Assembly: GCA_017856385.1 (NCBI GenBank)
Contig: JAFMFD010000009.1
Coordinates: 10 to 64,009, forward strand
Source of the DNA: Actinomycetota bacterium
GTDB lineage: Bacteria > Actinomycetota > Actinomycetes > S36-B12
Reading direction: 5' to 3'
DNA length: 64,000 nt
Positions 44,767-53,525 of this stretch are shown piece after piece. Each line of letters starts with the position of its first letter. The stretch's first letter is position 1. The position numbers and the translations under genes are program-made. The notes under the pieces were generated by a model. It did no database searches, was not told where the DNA came from, and worked only from the letters and a program-made list of their open reading frames with translations.

Positions 44767-44836
44767 GCCCTCTGCCGGGGAACTGGTGGGGTGAGCCCAC
44801 CGGGCGGACTGCGCCCTGATCTGTCATGGAGGCCAC

Positions 44837-46216
44837 ATGAAGCGAACTCGACTCATGGCTGCCGCCGCTTCCGTAGCGGTGCTGTCCGTGGTCCTGAGTG
44901 CCTGCAGCTCCTCTGATTCCGGGGACGCCGCAAGCCCGGCAGCGGAGGAACCCGCCGCCGCCGAGGAACCCGCCGCGGAGGAGCCCGCCGCGGCGGAGCC
45001 TGCTGCCGAGGAGGCCGCCCCGGCCGAGGCCAGCGGCGAGCCCATCACGATCGGCCTGCCGATCGCCCAGTCCGGTCCGGCCGGCATCGCCGATCATGCC
45101 GACTGCCTGAACGGCGCGACCCTCGCGAAGGACCAGATCAATGGTGCGGGCGGTGTCAACGGGCGCCCGATCGAGTTCAGCGTCACCGACCTGGACATCC
45201 TCACGCCCGAGGGCATCACGGCCGGCTTCCAGAAGCTGACCGGCGAGGGTGTTGCTGCCCTCGTCAGCCCCTTCGTGATCATCCCTCCGGCCGCCCTTGA
45301 GGTGGCTGCCACGTACGGCGCGCCGTACATGAGCGGTGACACCAACGTGGACGTGCAGGTCATGCGCGCCTCGGATCCTGCCAAGTACGGCAACTACTTC
45401 GTCGATCCGCCGGAGACGTACTACGGCTCCGGATTCGTCACCTTCCTCACCAACCTTGCTGACTCGGGCTCGTGGACGCCGAAGAACAACAAGGTCGACA
45501 TCATCCGCGGCGACACGGCCTACAACCAGAACATCGCCGCTGCCACCGTCGAGGCCATCGAGGCATCGGGCGGCAAGTGGGAGCTCGGTGAGATCATCGA
45601 CATCACGGCCGGTACGAAGGACTGGTCGCCCGTGCTGCAGAAGCTGGCCGCCAACGATCCCGGTGTGATCATGGTCGATCACTGGATCGGCGCCGAGCTC
45701 GCGTCGTTCTCGCAGCAGTTCGCTGCGGATCCGGTCCCCGGCTCGCTGGTCTACCTCCAGTACGGCCCGTCCCAGCCGGAGTACCTCGACATCGCGGGTG
45801 ACTCCGCGGAGGGCTTCGTGTGGGGCACCGTGATCGGCACCGGCAACACCAGCGCCGAGGACAAGGCCTTCCGCGAGGCCTACCACGCAGCAACGGGCAC
45901 GGACGATGTCACGATGGGCATGGTCTACCCCGCCTGGTGCTACGACATGGTCAACGTGCTTGCTCAGGCGTGGGCCAACACCGATCCTGCGGATTTCGCG
46001 GCGGTCAACCAGTACATCGCATCCACCCCGTACCAGGGCGTGACGGGCTACATCGACTTCGCGAATGGGGTCACCCCCAGCTACCCGAACGATGTCGCCA
46101 GCGCGGCCGAGGGTGTGACGCACTACTTCTACCAGGTTCAGGATGGTCGCCACACGGTCATTGAGCCTGCGGATGATGCCGAGGCACCATTCACCCCGGC
46201 ACCGTGGATGCAGTAG
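44837..46216 (+). CDS. ABC transporter substrate-binding lipoprotein, type-1 PBP (Liv/amide-urea binding family)
   Basis: Lipobox VLSAC, A/E/P acidic linker, ITIGLPIAQSGPAGIADHADCLNGATLAKDQINGAGGVNGRPIEF. GGAGG SD. Confidence 0.85.
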   Translation: MKRTRLMAAAASVAVLSVVLSACSSSDSGDAASPAAEEPAAAEEPAAEEPAAAEPAAEEAAPAEASGEPITIGLPIAQSGPAGIADHADCLNGATLAKDQINGAGGVNGRPIEFSVTDLDILTPEGITAGFQKLTGEGVAALVSPFVIIPPAALEVAATYGAPYMSGDTNVDVQVMRASDPAKYGNYFVDPPETYYGSGFVTFLTNLADSGSWTPKNNKVDIIRGDTAYNQNIAAATVEAIEASGGKWELGEIIDITAGTKDWSPVLQKLAANDPGVIMVDHWIGAELASFSQQFAADPVPGSLVYLQYGPSQPEYLDIAGDSAEGFVWGTVIGTGNTSAEDKAFREAYHAATGTDDVTMGMVYPAWCYDMVNVLAQAWANTDPADFAAVNQYIASTPYQGVTGYIDFANGVTPSYPNDVASAAEGVTHYFYQVQDGRHTVIEPADDAEAPFTPAPWMQ

Positions 46217-46236
46217 GCATCCGGTAGGAGCACTGA

Positions 46237-46968
46237 ATGGCACTGCTGTCCTGCTCGGAGATCACCCTTGATCTCGGCGGTCGCCGCATCCTCGAGGGTG
46301 TGTCTCTCGAGGTGGAGCAGGCGGAGGTTGTAGGTCTTGCCGGCCCCAATGGGGCCGGCAAGACCAGCCTCTTCGAGGTCCTCTCCGGGCGCCAGCTGCG
46401 ACACGGTGGGGACGTCGTCTTCGACGGCGAGTCCGTCGCGAAGCTGCCGATGCGCGAGCGGGTCCAGCGGGGGCTGGTCCGCAGCTACCAGCGCCCGATC
46501 GTCCCCGCAGGCCTGACGGTCGGTGAGACGCTCAATGCGGCGCGCAAGGCCTACAGGGCCTATCCGTCCCGGCTCAAGGTGGAGTGGGCGACGGAGTTCG
46601 TCCACATGCGCGTGCCGCTCGACCAGCCCACCGGCTCACTGGAGACCCTCGAGCGGCGCAAGCTGATGCTGGCCTGCCTGCTACTTCGCTCGCCGCGGAT
46701 CGTCCTGCTCGACGAGCCCGCCTCGGGGCTGACCGGGTCGGAGATCGACGAGATCGACCTGATCGTTCGCCGACTGTCCCAGGAGTACGGCATGGCGGTG
46801 CTGCTCATCGAGCACCGGCTCGAGCTGCTTGCGATGGTCGCCTCACGCGTTCTCGTCCTCGATGTGGGCCGGGTCATCGCGGAGGGGCATCCCGAGCGCG
46901 TCTTCCGCGAGCCCGACGTCCGGGCTGCCTACTTCGACGTGCCCATCACCGGGGACGTGGTGGCCTGA
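46237..46968 (+). CDS. ABC transporter ATP-binding protein (LivG-like)
   Basis: GPNGAGKTS Walker A, LLDEPASGL Walker B. Confidence 0.85.
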   Translation: MALLSCSEITLDLGGRRILEGVSLEVEQAEVVGLAGPNGAGKTSLFEVLSGRQLRHGGDVVFDGESVAKLPMRERVQRGLVRSYQRPIVPAGLTVGETLNAARKAYRAYPSRLKVEWATEFVHMRVPLDQPTGSLETLERRKLMLACLLLRSPRIVLLDEPASGLTGSEIDEIDLIVRRLSQEYGMAVLLIEHRLELLAMVASRVLVLDVGRVIAEGHPERVFREPDVRAAYFDVPITGDVVA

Positions 46969-47690
46969 TGGCGATCCTCCAGATCGAGGGACTGTCGGCC
47001 GGTTACGGCCCGGTGCGCGTCCTGCACGACCTCAACCTCACCGTCAACCCGGGCGAGCGACTCGGCCTCGTCGGGCTCAACGGGCACGGCAAGACCACGT
47101 TCCTCAGCGCCATCGTCGGCCTGACCGGCTGGCAGGACGGGTCGATCCTGTTCCGTGGTGAGCAGATCGGCGGTCGGCGCACGCACGGTATGGGACGCAA
47201 GACCCCGCACATCGTGCGGCAGGGGATCGCCCTCGCCCCGCAGGGCGATGCGATCTTCCCCGGACTGTCGGTCAAGGACAACATCGACGCGGGGGCCTAC
47301 TCCGGAGCCACGTGGCGGTCACGCCGCAAGCGTCGGGAGCGGATCCTCGAGGTGTTCCCCCCGCTGGCGCCCCTGCTGCGGCAGACCGCGGGCACGCTCT
47401 CCGGAGGCGAGCGGCGGATGGTCAGCGTGGGCCGGGCGCTGATGTCCGACGCCTCGCTGTACCTGGTCGATGAGCCGTCGCTGGGCCTGGCCCCGAAGAT
47501 CTCTCTCGGCCTCGTGGCCGCCCTGTGCGAGATCGACCTCGGTGATGGAGCCATGATCATCGCGGAGCAGAACCTGCCGTTGATCGAGGGCCGAGTCGAC
47601 CGCGTTCTCGGCATGCATGCGGGGGAACTCAAGCTCGATGTCGGTGAGGCTCTGGGCGACGTCCCTCCCGCAGCGGAGGTGCATCTGTGA
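46968..47690 (+). CDS. ABC transporter ATP-binding protein (LivF-like)
   Basis: ATG 46968 shares one nt with the preceding TGA. GLNGHGKTT, LSGGERRMVSVGRAL, LVDEPSLGL. Confidence 0.85.
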   Translation: MAILQIEGLSAGYGPVRVLHDLNLTVNPGERLGLVGLNGHGKTTFLSAIVGLTGWQDGSILFRGEQIGGRRTHGMGRKTPHIVRQGIALAPQGDAIFPGLSVKDNIDAGAYSGATWRSRRKRRERILEVFPPLAPLLRQTAGTLSGGERRMVSVGRALMSDASLYLVDEPSLGLAPKISLGLVAALCEIDLGDGAMIIAEQNLPLIEGRVDRVLGMHAGELKLDVGEALGDVPPAAEVHL

Positions 47691-48580
47691 TCGAGGTCCT
47701 GATCAGTGCTCTGGTGCTCGCGTCCATATACGGCCTCGTGGCCATCGGCATCTCCTTCACATGGGCAAGCATCGGCATGCTCAACCTCGCGCAGGGCTTC
47801 ATCTTCACCGCGGGCGGCTACACCGCCTGGCTCTACGCGCAGTACGCCGAGGGCTGGGGCCTGGAAGGTGCGGTCCTTTCGGTCGGGGTCCTCGTGTTCG
47901 GGATGCTCGGCTCGGCGCTGGCAGGGCTCTTCGTCGGGGCCATTGCCTTCCTGCCCCTGCAGGACCGCGACAACTTCCGCACGCGCAGCCTGATCGCGAC
48001 GCTGGCGATCTCGCTCGTCGGCACCCAGGTGTGGCTGATCCTCTTCGGCCCGCAGAACAAGCCCCTGCCACCCGTCTTCGGCGAGGGGCGACTCGAGATC
48101 GGCTCGGCCGGGATCTCCTACCAGCAGGTCGGCACGATCATCGTGGCCTCGCTGATGCTCGCCCTCGTCATCCTGTGGATGCGCAGCAGCCGGCGTGGGC
48201 TCCAGATGCGCGCGATGATGATGAACCCGCTGGGCGCTGCGGTCGTCGGCGTGTCCGTGCGGAGTACGGGCATGCGGGTGCTCGCCATCAGCGGTGCGCT
48301 CACCGGACTGTCGTCGGTTCTGCTCGCCCAGGTCTTCTTCGTCAGCCCCACCTCCGGCGTCCAGCCCTTGACCACCGGCCTGATCATCTCGCTCGCGGGT
48401 GGCCTTGGCTCGATCCCGGGAACGGTCATCGCGGCAGGCGTGATCGGCCTGGCTGAGGCGCTCACGGCCCGGTACCTCCAGCAGTCGCTGGTGCCCTTCG
48501 TGCTCTTCGCGATCGTCGTCGTGATCCTCATCTTCCGGCCACGCGGCCTCGGTGGCCTGCTGGAGGACGTCCGTGAGTAA
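47687..48580 (+). CDS. ABC permease (LivH-like)
   Basis: 297-aa polytopic protein. NLAQGFIFTAGGY motif. GTGA overlap with the ATPase gene. Confidence 0.85.
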   Translation: MIEVLISALVLASIYGLVAIGISFTWASIGMLNLAQGFIFTAGGYTAWLYAQYAEGWGLEGAVLSVGVLVFGMLGSALAGLFVGAIAFLPLQDRDNFRTRSLIATLAISLVGTQVWLILFGPQNKPLPPVFGEGRLEIGSAGISYQQVGTIIVASLMLALVILWMRSSRRGLQMRAMMMNPLGAAVVGVSVRSTGMRVLAISGALTGLSSVLLAQVFFVSPTSGVQPLTTGLIISLAGGLGSIPGTVIAAGVIGLAEALTARYLQQSLVPFVLFAIVVVILIFRPRGLGGLLEDVRE

Positions 48581-50099
48581 CAGTCCACGCCTTGTCGGGC
48601 GCCGCGCCTACCGACCGCACTGGCCGGTCAACTCCGCACGGGTGTTCAAGCGCCGCAGGTGGCCCGGCACGAAGCGATCTGTCCTCAAGCTCTCCGGCCG
48701 GTACAACCCCAAGACCCTGCGCCGCGAGATGGTGCTCACCGACAAGAAGCCGATGTTCTGGTCGGTCGGCCTCGCGGCCCTCCTGCTGCTGCCGATGGGA
48801 GTGGCGTCGGAGCGCTTCTTCACGATGTTCGGGATCATCTGCATCTACGCGGCCATCAACGTGATGTGGACCCTGATCATCGGCACGGCGGGCCTGCAGT
48901 CCTTCGCCACGCTGGCCACCGTCGGCGTGGGTGCCTACGGCGCCGGCTACCTGAGCGTGACGTATGGCCTGCCCTGGCCCTTCATGCTCCTCGTCGGAGC
49001 GGTGCTCGGCGGACTCCTCGGCTGGATCATCTCGCTGCCTGCGCGACGCCTTGATGGCCTCTACTACGCACTCCTCACGCTCGGACTGTCCGAGTTCATG
49101 CGCAACTTCGTCACACAGTCCGACGAGCTCGGTGGAAAGTTCAATGGAGCGCTGTTCGGCGTGGGAAGGATCATCCCTGCGGACCTGCTGACGTCTCGCC
49201 TGGGGCAGTCACTGCTCTACCTCACCGCCTTCATTGCGCTGCTGATCGCGCTTGTCGTGTACCGCTGGGTCAATGGGGGACGCACCGGGCTCCTCCTCCG
49301 GGCTGCAGCGACCTCCAAGGAGGACGAGGCGTTCTCGTCGGCCCTGGGCATCGACTTCAACAAGGAGCGGACGCGCGTCTTCATCATCGCCTCGGCCGTC
49401 CTGGGATTCCTGGGGGCGTTCTACGCCACGTACATCGGCGGCACGTCGCTGCAGATCTTCAGTCTCGAGCTGCTGCTCCTCCTGCTCGCGATGATCGTGA
49501 TCGGCGGGCTCGGGCGGGCTGAGGGGGCCGTCGTCGGCACGGTCATCGTGGTCGGGATCACCCAGTGGTTCACCGACTGGGGACCTTGGCGCATCGTGCT
49601 GGTGGGCGTCCTGGCCCTGGCCTCCGTGCTCTTCACCCGCAACGGCCTGTTCGGGCTCAAGGCCCAGATTGAGGAGATCCGGGACAGGCGCAAGGCGCTC
49701 CACCGGGCGGGCATCACGAGCAGATTTGCGGAGTACCTTCCTCAGCAGGCGCCCGAGGTGCACGACAAATCCGAGATCGTCGGTCGGGTGTTCGAGCGGT
49801 CCCTGCGCGAGCGGCTGCGCTCGTGGATCAGTCCTGAACTGCTGGCGGAGCACGAGGCCAAGCCGCTCGGCCAGCACTCCGACCGGCTCGAGCGGATGCT
49901 CAACTACTTCCGCAAGGCACCTATCCCCGACAAGTACGTGGTGTACTGCGAGGTCCCGTTCGAGTCGTACCGCGTGGTGGCGCTCAGCGGCCTTCCTGGT
50001 GTGCCGCCGCGCATCGTCGACGACAAGAAGTACGCGACCCTGGACGAGGCCTACCACGCCGTCTTCCTGCGCCGCGTCAACGATCTCAGAGCAAACTGA
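48573..50099 (+). CDS. ABC permease (LivM-like) with ~145-aa hydrophilic C-terminal extension
   Basis: TM core from ...MFWSVGLAALLLLPMGV to ...LASVLFTRNGLFGLK. A charged soluble tail follows (IEEIRDRRKALHRAG...YVVYCEVPFESYRVVALSGLPGVPPRIVDDKKYATLDEAYHAVFLRRVNDLRAN) in the same frame with no intervening stop. Start GTG 48573 is provisional. Confidence 0.75.
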   Translation: MSNSPRLVGRRAYRPHWPVNSARVFKRRRWPGTKRSVLKLSGRYNPKTLRREMVLTDKKPMFWSVGLAALLLLPMGVASERFFTMFGIICIYAAINVMWTLIIGTAGLQSFATLATVGVGAYGAGYLSVTYGLPWPFMLLVGAVLGGLLGWIISLPARRLDGLYYALLTLGLSEFMRNFVTQSDELGGKFNGALFGVGRIIPADLLTSRLGQSLLYLTAFIALLIALVVYRWVNGGRTGLLLRAAATSKEDEAFSSALGIDFNKERTRVFIIASAVLGFLGAFYATYIGGTSLQIFSLELLLLLLAMIVIGGLGRAEGAVVGTVIVVGITQWFTDWGPWRIVLVGVLALASVLFTRNGLFGLKAQIEEIRDRRKALHRAGITSRFAEYLPQQAPEVHDKSEIVGRVFERSLRERLRSWISPELLAEHEAKPLGQHSDRLERMLNYFRKAPIPDKYVVYCEVPFESYRVVALSGLPGVPPRIVDDKKYATLDEAYHAVFLRRVNDLRAN

Positions 50100-50114
50100 G
50101 CGATCGGAGAGACA

Positions 50115-52412
50115 ATGGCCAAGATCGCCCTCACCGGGTACACCGACAAGATCAGTGTGGCTCCTGGTGAATCCATCGACGTCAAGGTGAGCGCCGACAA
50201 TGCCACGACGGCGCACGTCGAGATCGTGCGCCTGATCCACGGTGACGAGCACCCGGACGGCCCCGGATTCCTCGAGGAGCTCGTCGTCGCTGACTGCGCT
50301 GGCGACCACGCCGTACGCAAGCAGTTCGTGGACGTGGGCAACGCGGTCGTCGTGGCGGATCCGTCGAACCGGCTCGTCGGCGACGGCCCCATGACCCTGT
50401 GGGCCTATGTCTTCCCCACGACTCCGGCCAAGGGCAGGCAGGTGATCCTCGGGCGCTTCGCGCTCCAGGAGAACGCCGGGTACGCCCTGGGCATCGACGG
50501 CCAGGGCCGGCTGGCCTTCTGGGCCGGGGACGGCTCGGACACCGACGAGGTCGTCTCGCCGGTCCCGCTGATCCACCACACGTGGTACCTCGTCGCGGCC
50601 TCCTTCGACCCTCGGTCGGGTCAGGCGGCGCTGCTCCAGCAGGCGGTGGTGAACCCGTACAACGGGCGCCTGGGCAAGGTTGCGCCGTTCGACCACTACT
50701 CGCTCGTTGAGCAGAAGCTGCGGATCAGGCCCGCGGCACCCTCGTCACCGTTCATGTGGGGTGCAGCACAGAACTCCGCGCCTGTGCGCGGGGTGTTCAA
50801 GGAGTTCCTCTACAACGGCAAGATCGATCGGGCCGGCGTGATCGGTGCAGCCCTGACGGTGGACGACCTGCGACGACTCGCGGACGGTGCCGTCACTGCC
50901 CCGGAGATCGCCCGATGGGACACGACGGCGGGGTACGGCGAGTCCGGAATCGACGACGTCGTGCGTGATATCTCGGGCAATGGCCTGGACGGTGTCGGCA
51001 TCCAGCGGCCGGTCCGCGCGATGACGGGCTACAACTGGAGCGGCAGGCATGACGACTGGCGGGTGGCGCCCGAGGAGTACGGAGGCATCGCCTTCCACGA
51101 CGACGCGGTCATCGACTGTGAGTGGGATACGACGTTCACGTGGCAGGTACCGGTGGGCACGCGCAGCGGTGCCTATGCGGCTCGGGTGACTGCGGGGGAT
51201 GCCGAGGACCACATCCCCTTCTTCGTCCGCCCCGCCGCGCCGACGGCTCCGATCCTGTACCTGATGCCCACGAACTCCTATCTCGCCTACGCGAACGAGA
51301 TGATCGTCCACCACGTGCCGGTGGGGCAGGCGATCCTGTCGCACCCGGCGGTGCTCACCGAGGCCGAGGCGGACTACTACCAGGATCCGCGCTTCGGGCG
51401 GTCCACGTACGACCACCACTCCGACGGCGCGGGCGTGTGCTTCACGTCATGGAATCGGCCGATCCTGAACATGCGGCCCAAATGGCGCTCCTCAGCCATC
51501 GGCACCGTGTGGCAGTTCCCGCGGGACCTCTCGCTCATCGCCTGGCTGGAGAAGAAGGGCTACGCCTACGACGTGGCCACCGACCACGACCTCTCGCGCG
51601 ACGGGATCGACCTGCTGAAGTCCTACTCAGTGGTGCTCACCGGCTCGCACCCGGAGTACTGGAGCGAGGGAAGCCTGAACGCCCTGGAGGACTACGTCGC
51701 CGACGGAGGCCGGCTGATGTACCTCGGCGGCAACGGCTTCTACTGGGTCATCTCCTACCGCGACGGGGAGCCGCAGGTCATGGAGGTGCGCAAGGGCGAG
51801 GCCGGCATGCGTGCATGGCAGGCCGAGCCGGGGGAGTACTACCACCAGACCTCGGCCGAGCGCGGTGGCATCTGGCGCAACCGCGCGCGTCCGCCCCAGA
51901 AGCTGACGGGGGTGGGCTTCACCACGCAGGGGTTCGACGAGTGCCATCCGTACCGGCGGATGCCCGACAGCTACCACAAGTCGGTGGCCTGGATCTTCGA
52001 CGGTGTTGAAGGAGAGGTCTTCGGTGACTTCGGCCTGGCCCTCGGGGGAGCGGCCGGACTGGAGACCGAGCGCTACGACCTCGAGCTGGGGACGCCTCCG
52101 CACACCAAACTGCTGGCGTCGTCGACGTCGTGGTCAGACAACTACGCCAGCGTCCACGAGGACATCCTCTTCAACCACCCGGGCACCCTGGGGACGCAGA
52201 GTCCCTCGGTGCGCGCCGACATGACCTACTTCACGACCGCGAATGATGGTGCGGCGTTCTCCACCGGATCGATCGCCTGGATCAGTGCACTGCCGTGCTT
52301 CGACTTCGAGAACAACTGCTCACGCATCATGTCCAACGTGCTCGACGCATTCATCAAGCCGGGCGCCCTGCCGGGTGGTGCGTGGGATCAGGACGAGAAG
52401 TCCTGGACATAG
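50115..52412 (+). CDS. N,N-dimethylformamidase beta (large) subunit family protein with N-terminal LamG/concanavalin-like domain
   Basis: GGAGAG SD. N-terminal LWAYVFPTTPAKGRQVILGRF...GYALGIDGQGRLAFW...HTWYLVAASFDP (LamG-like). C-terminal VVLTGSHPEYWSEGSLNALEDYVADGGRLMYLGGNGFYWVISY, which I recognise as the DMFase-large-subunit C-terminal domain signature. The call is from memory of the family, not a search. Confidence 0.65.
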   Translation: MAKIALTGYTDKISVAPGESIDVKVSADNATTAHVEIVRLIHGDEHPDGPGFLEELVVADCAGDHAVRKQFVDVGNAVVVADPSNRLVGDGPMTLWAYVFPTTPAKGRQVILGRFALQENAGYALGIDGQGRLAFWAGDGSDTDEVVSPVPLIHHTWYLVAASFDPRSGQAALLQQAVVNPYNGRLGKVAPFDHYSLVEQKLRIRPAAPSSPFMWGAAQNSAPVRGVFKEFLYNGKIDRAGVIGAALTVDDLRRLADGAVTAPEIARWDTTAGYGESGIDDVVRDISGNGLDGVGIQRPVRAMTGYNWSGRHDDWRVAPEEYGGIAFHDDAVIDCEWDTTFTWQVPVGTRSGAYAARVTAGDAEDHIPFFVRPAAPTAPILYLMPTNSYLAYANEMIVHHVPVGQAILSHPAVLTEAEADYYQDPRFGRSTYDHHSDGAGVCFTSWNRPILNMRPKWRSSAIGTVWQFPRDLSLIAWLEKKGYAYDVATDHDLSRDGIDLLKSYSVVLTGSHPEYWSEGSLNALEDYVADGGRLMYLGGNGFYWVISYRDGEPQVMEVRKGEAGMRAWQAEPGEYYHQTSAERGGIWRNRARPPQKLTGVGFTTQGFDECHPYRRMPDSYHKSVAWIFDGVEGEVFGDFGLALGGAAGLETERYDLELGTPPHTKLLASSTSWSDNYASVHEDILFNHPGTLGTQSPSVRADMTYFTTANDGAAFSTGSIAWISALPCFDFENNCSRIMSNVLDAFIKPGALPGGAWDQDEKSWT

Positions 52413-52421
52413 GGGGTGCAC

Positions 52422-53525
52422 ATGGCAACCGGATACGTCTGGCATGAGCTGTACGGCTGGCACGACACCAGTTCGCATGCTGGCCTGCTGCCCCCCAGTC
52501 TCGTCCTGCAGCCCTATCACCACTTCGAGTCGCCGGAGTCGAAGCAGCGCTTCCACTCCCTGCTCGAGGTCTGCGGACTGATCGACCATCTGACGCGCAT
52601 CCAGCCCAAGCAGGCCAGTGACGAGGACATCCTGCGGATCCACACCCCGGAGCACCTCGCGAGGATCAAGGCCGAGAGCGCGACCCTGAAGGGAGGCGAC
52701 GCCGGCGATGGCACCTCCCCCTTCGGACCCCAGGGCTTCGAGATCGCGGCGCTGGCCGCGGGGGGCGCGATCGCGGGACTGAACGCGGTGCTAGCGGGCG
52801 ACGTGACCAACGCCTACGCGCTCGTGCGCCCGCCGGGGCACCACGCCCGACCGGAGACGGGGATGGGCTTCTGCATCTTCGCCAATGCCGCGATTGCCAT
52901 CGCCCAGGCCAAGGCCGCGAACCCCGACCTGCGGGTAGCGACGGTCGACTGGGACGTCCACCACGGCAATGGCACGCAGGCCGCCTTCTACGACGACCCC
53001 ACCGTCCTGACGATCTCGCTGCACCAGGACGACCTGTTCCCGCGGAACAGCGGTGCCATCGAGGAGCGGGGGGAGGGTGAGGGACTCGGCTACGCCATCA
53101 ACATTCCCCTGCCCGCCGGCACCGGCAACGAGGGCTACGCCTACGCGATGCAGACCGTCGTGGTCCCGGCTCTTCGCAGGTTCTCCCCGGACGTCATCGT
53201 GGTTCCGTCGGGGTTTGATGCCAGCTGCTTCGATCCCCTCGGCCGGATGTCGGTCACCGCATCGGGCTACCGGGTCATGACGCGCCAGCTCATGGACGTG
53301 GCCGAGGAGGTGTGCTCTGGACGGATCATGATGACCCACGAGGGCGGCTACTCTCCGACCTACGTCCCGCTCTGCGGGGTCACCGTCCTCAGTGAGATGT
53401 CCGGAGTGCCCGTCGACGTGATCCACGAACTGTATGCGTCCTTCGACACCATGCCGGAGCAGACGCTCAACGACTACCAGCGGTCCGCGGTGGACCGCGC
53501 TGCGGCGGCTGTGTCCTTCGCATGA
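52422..53525 (+). CDS. class II histone-deacetylase-like Zn amidohydrolase (acetylpolyamine/acetoin-utilisation AcuC family)
   Basis: RPPGHHA (His-His dyad), DWDVHHGNGTQ (Asp/His Zn ligands), PSGFDAS (Asp ligand), HEGGYS (catalytic Tyr). All are intact. Confidence 0.85.
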   Translation: MATGYVWHELYGWHDTSSHAGLLPPSLVLQPYHHFESPESKQRFHSLLEVCGLIDHLTRIQPKQASDEDILRIHTPEHLARIKAESATLKGGDAGDGTSPFGPQGFEIAALAAGGAIAGLNAVLAGDVTNAYALVRPPGHHARPETGMGFCIFANAAIAIAQAKAANPDLRVATVDWDVHHGNGTQAAFYDDPTVLTISLHQDDLFPRNSGAIEERGEGEGLGYAINIPLPAGTGNEGYAYAMQTVVVPALRRFSPDVIVVPSGFDASCFDPLGRMSVTASGYRVMTRQLMDVAEEVCSGRIMMTHEGGYSPTYVPLCGVTVLSEMSGVPVDVIHELYASFDTMPEQTLNDYQRSAVDRAAAAVSFA

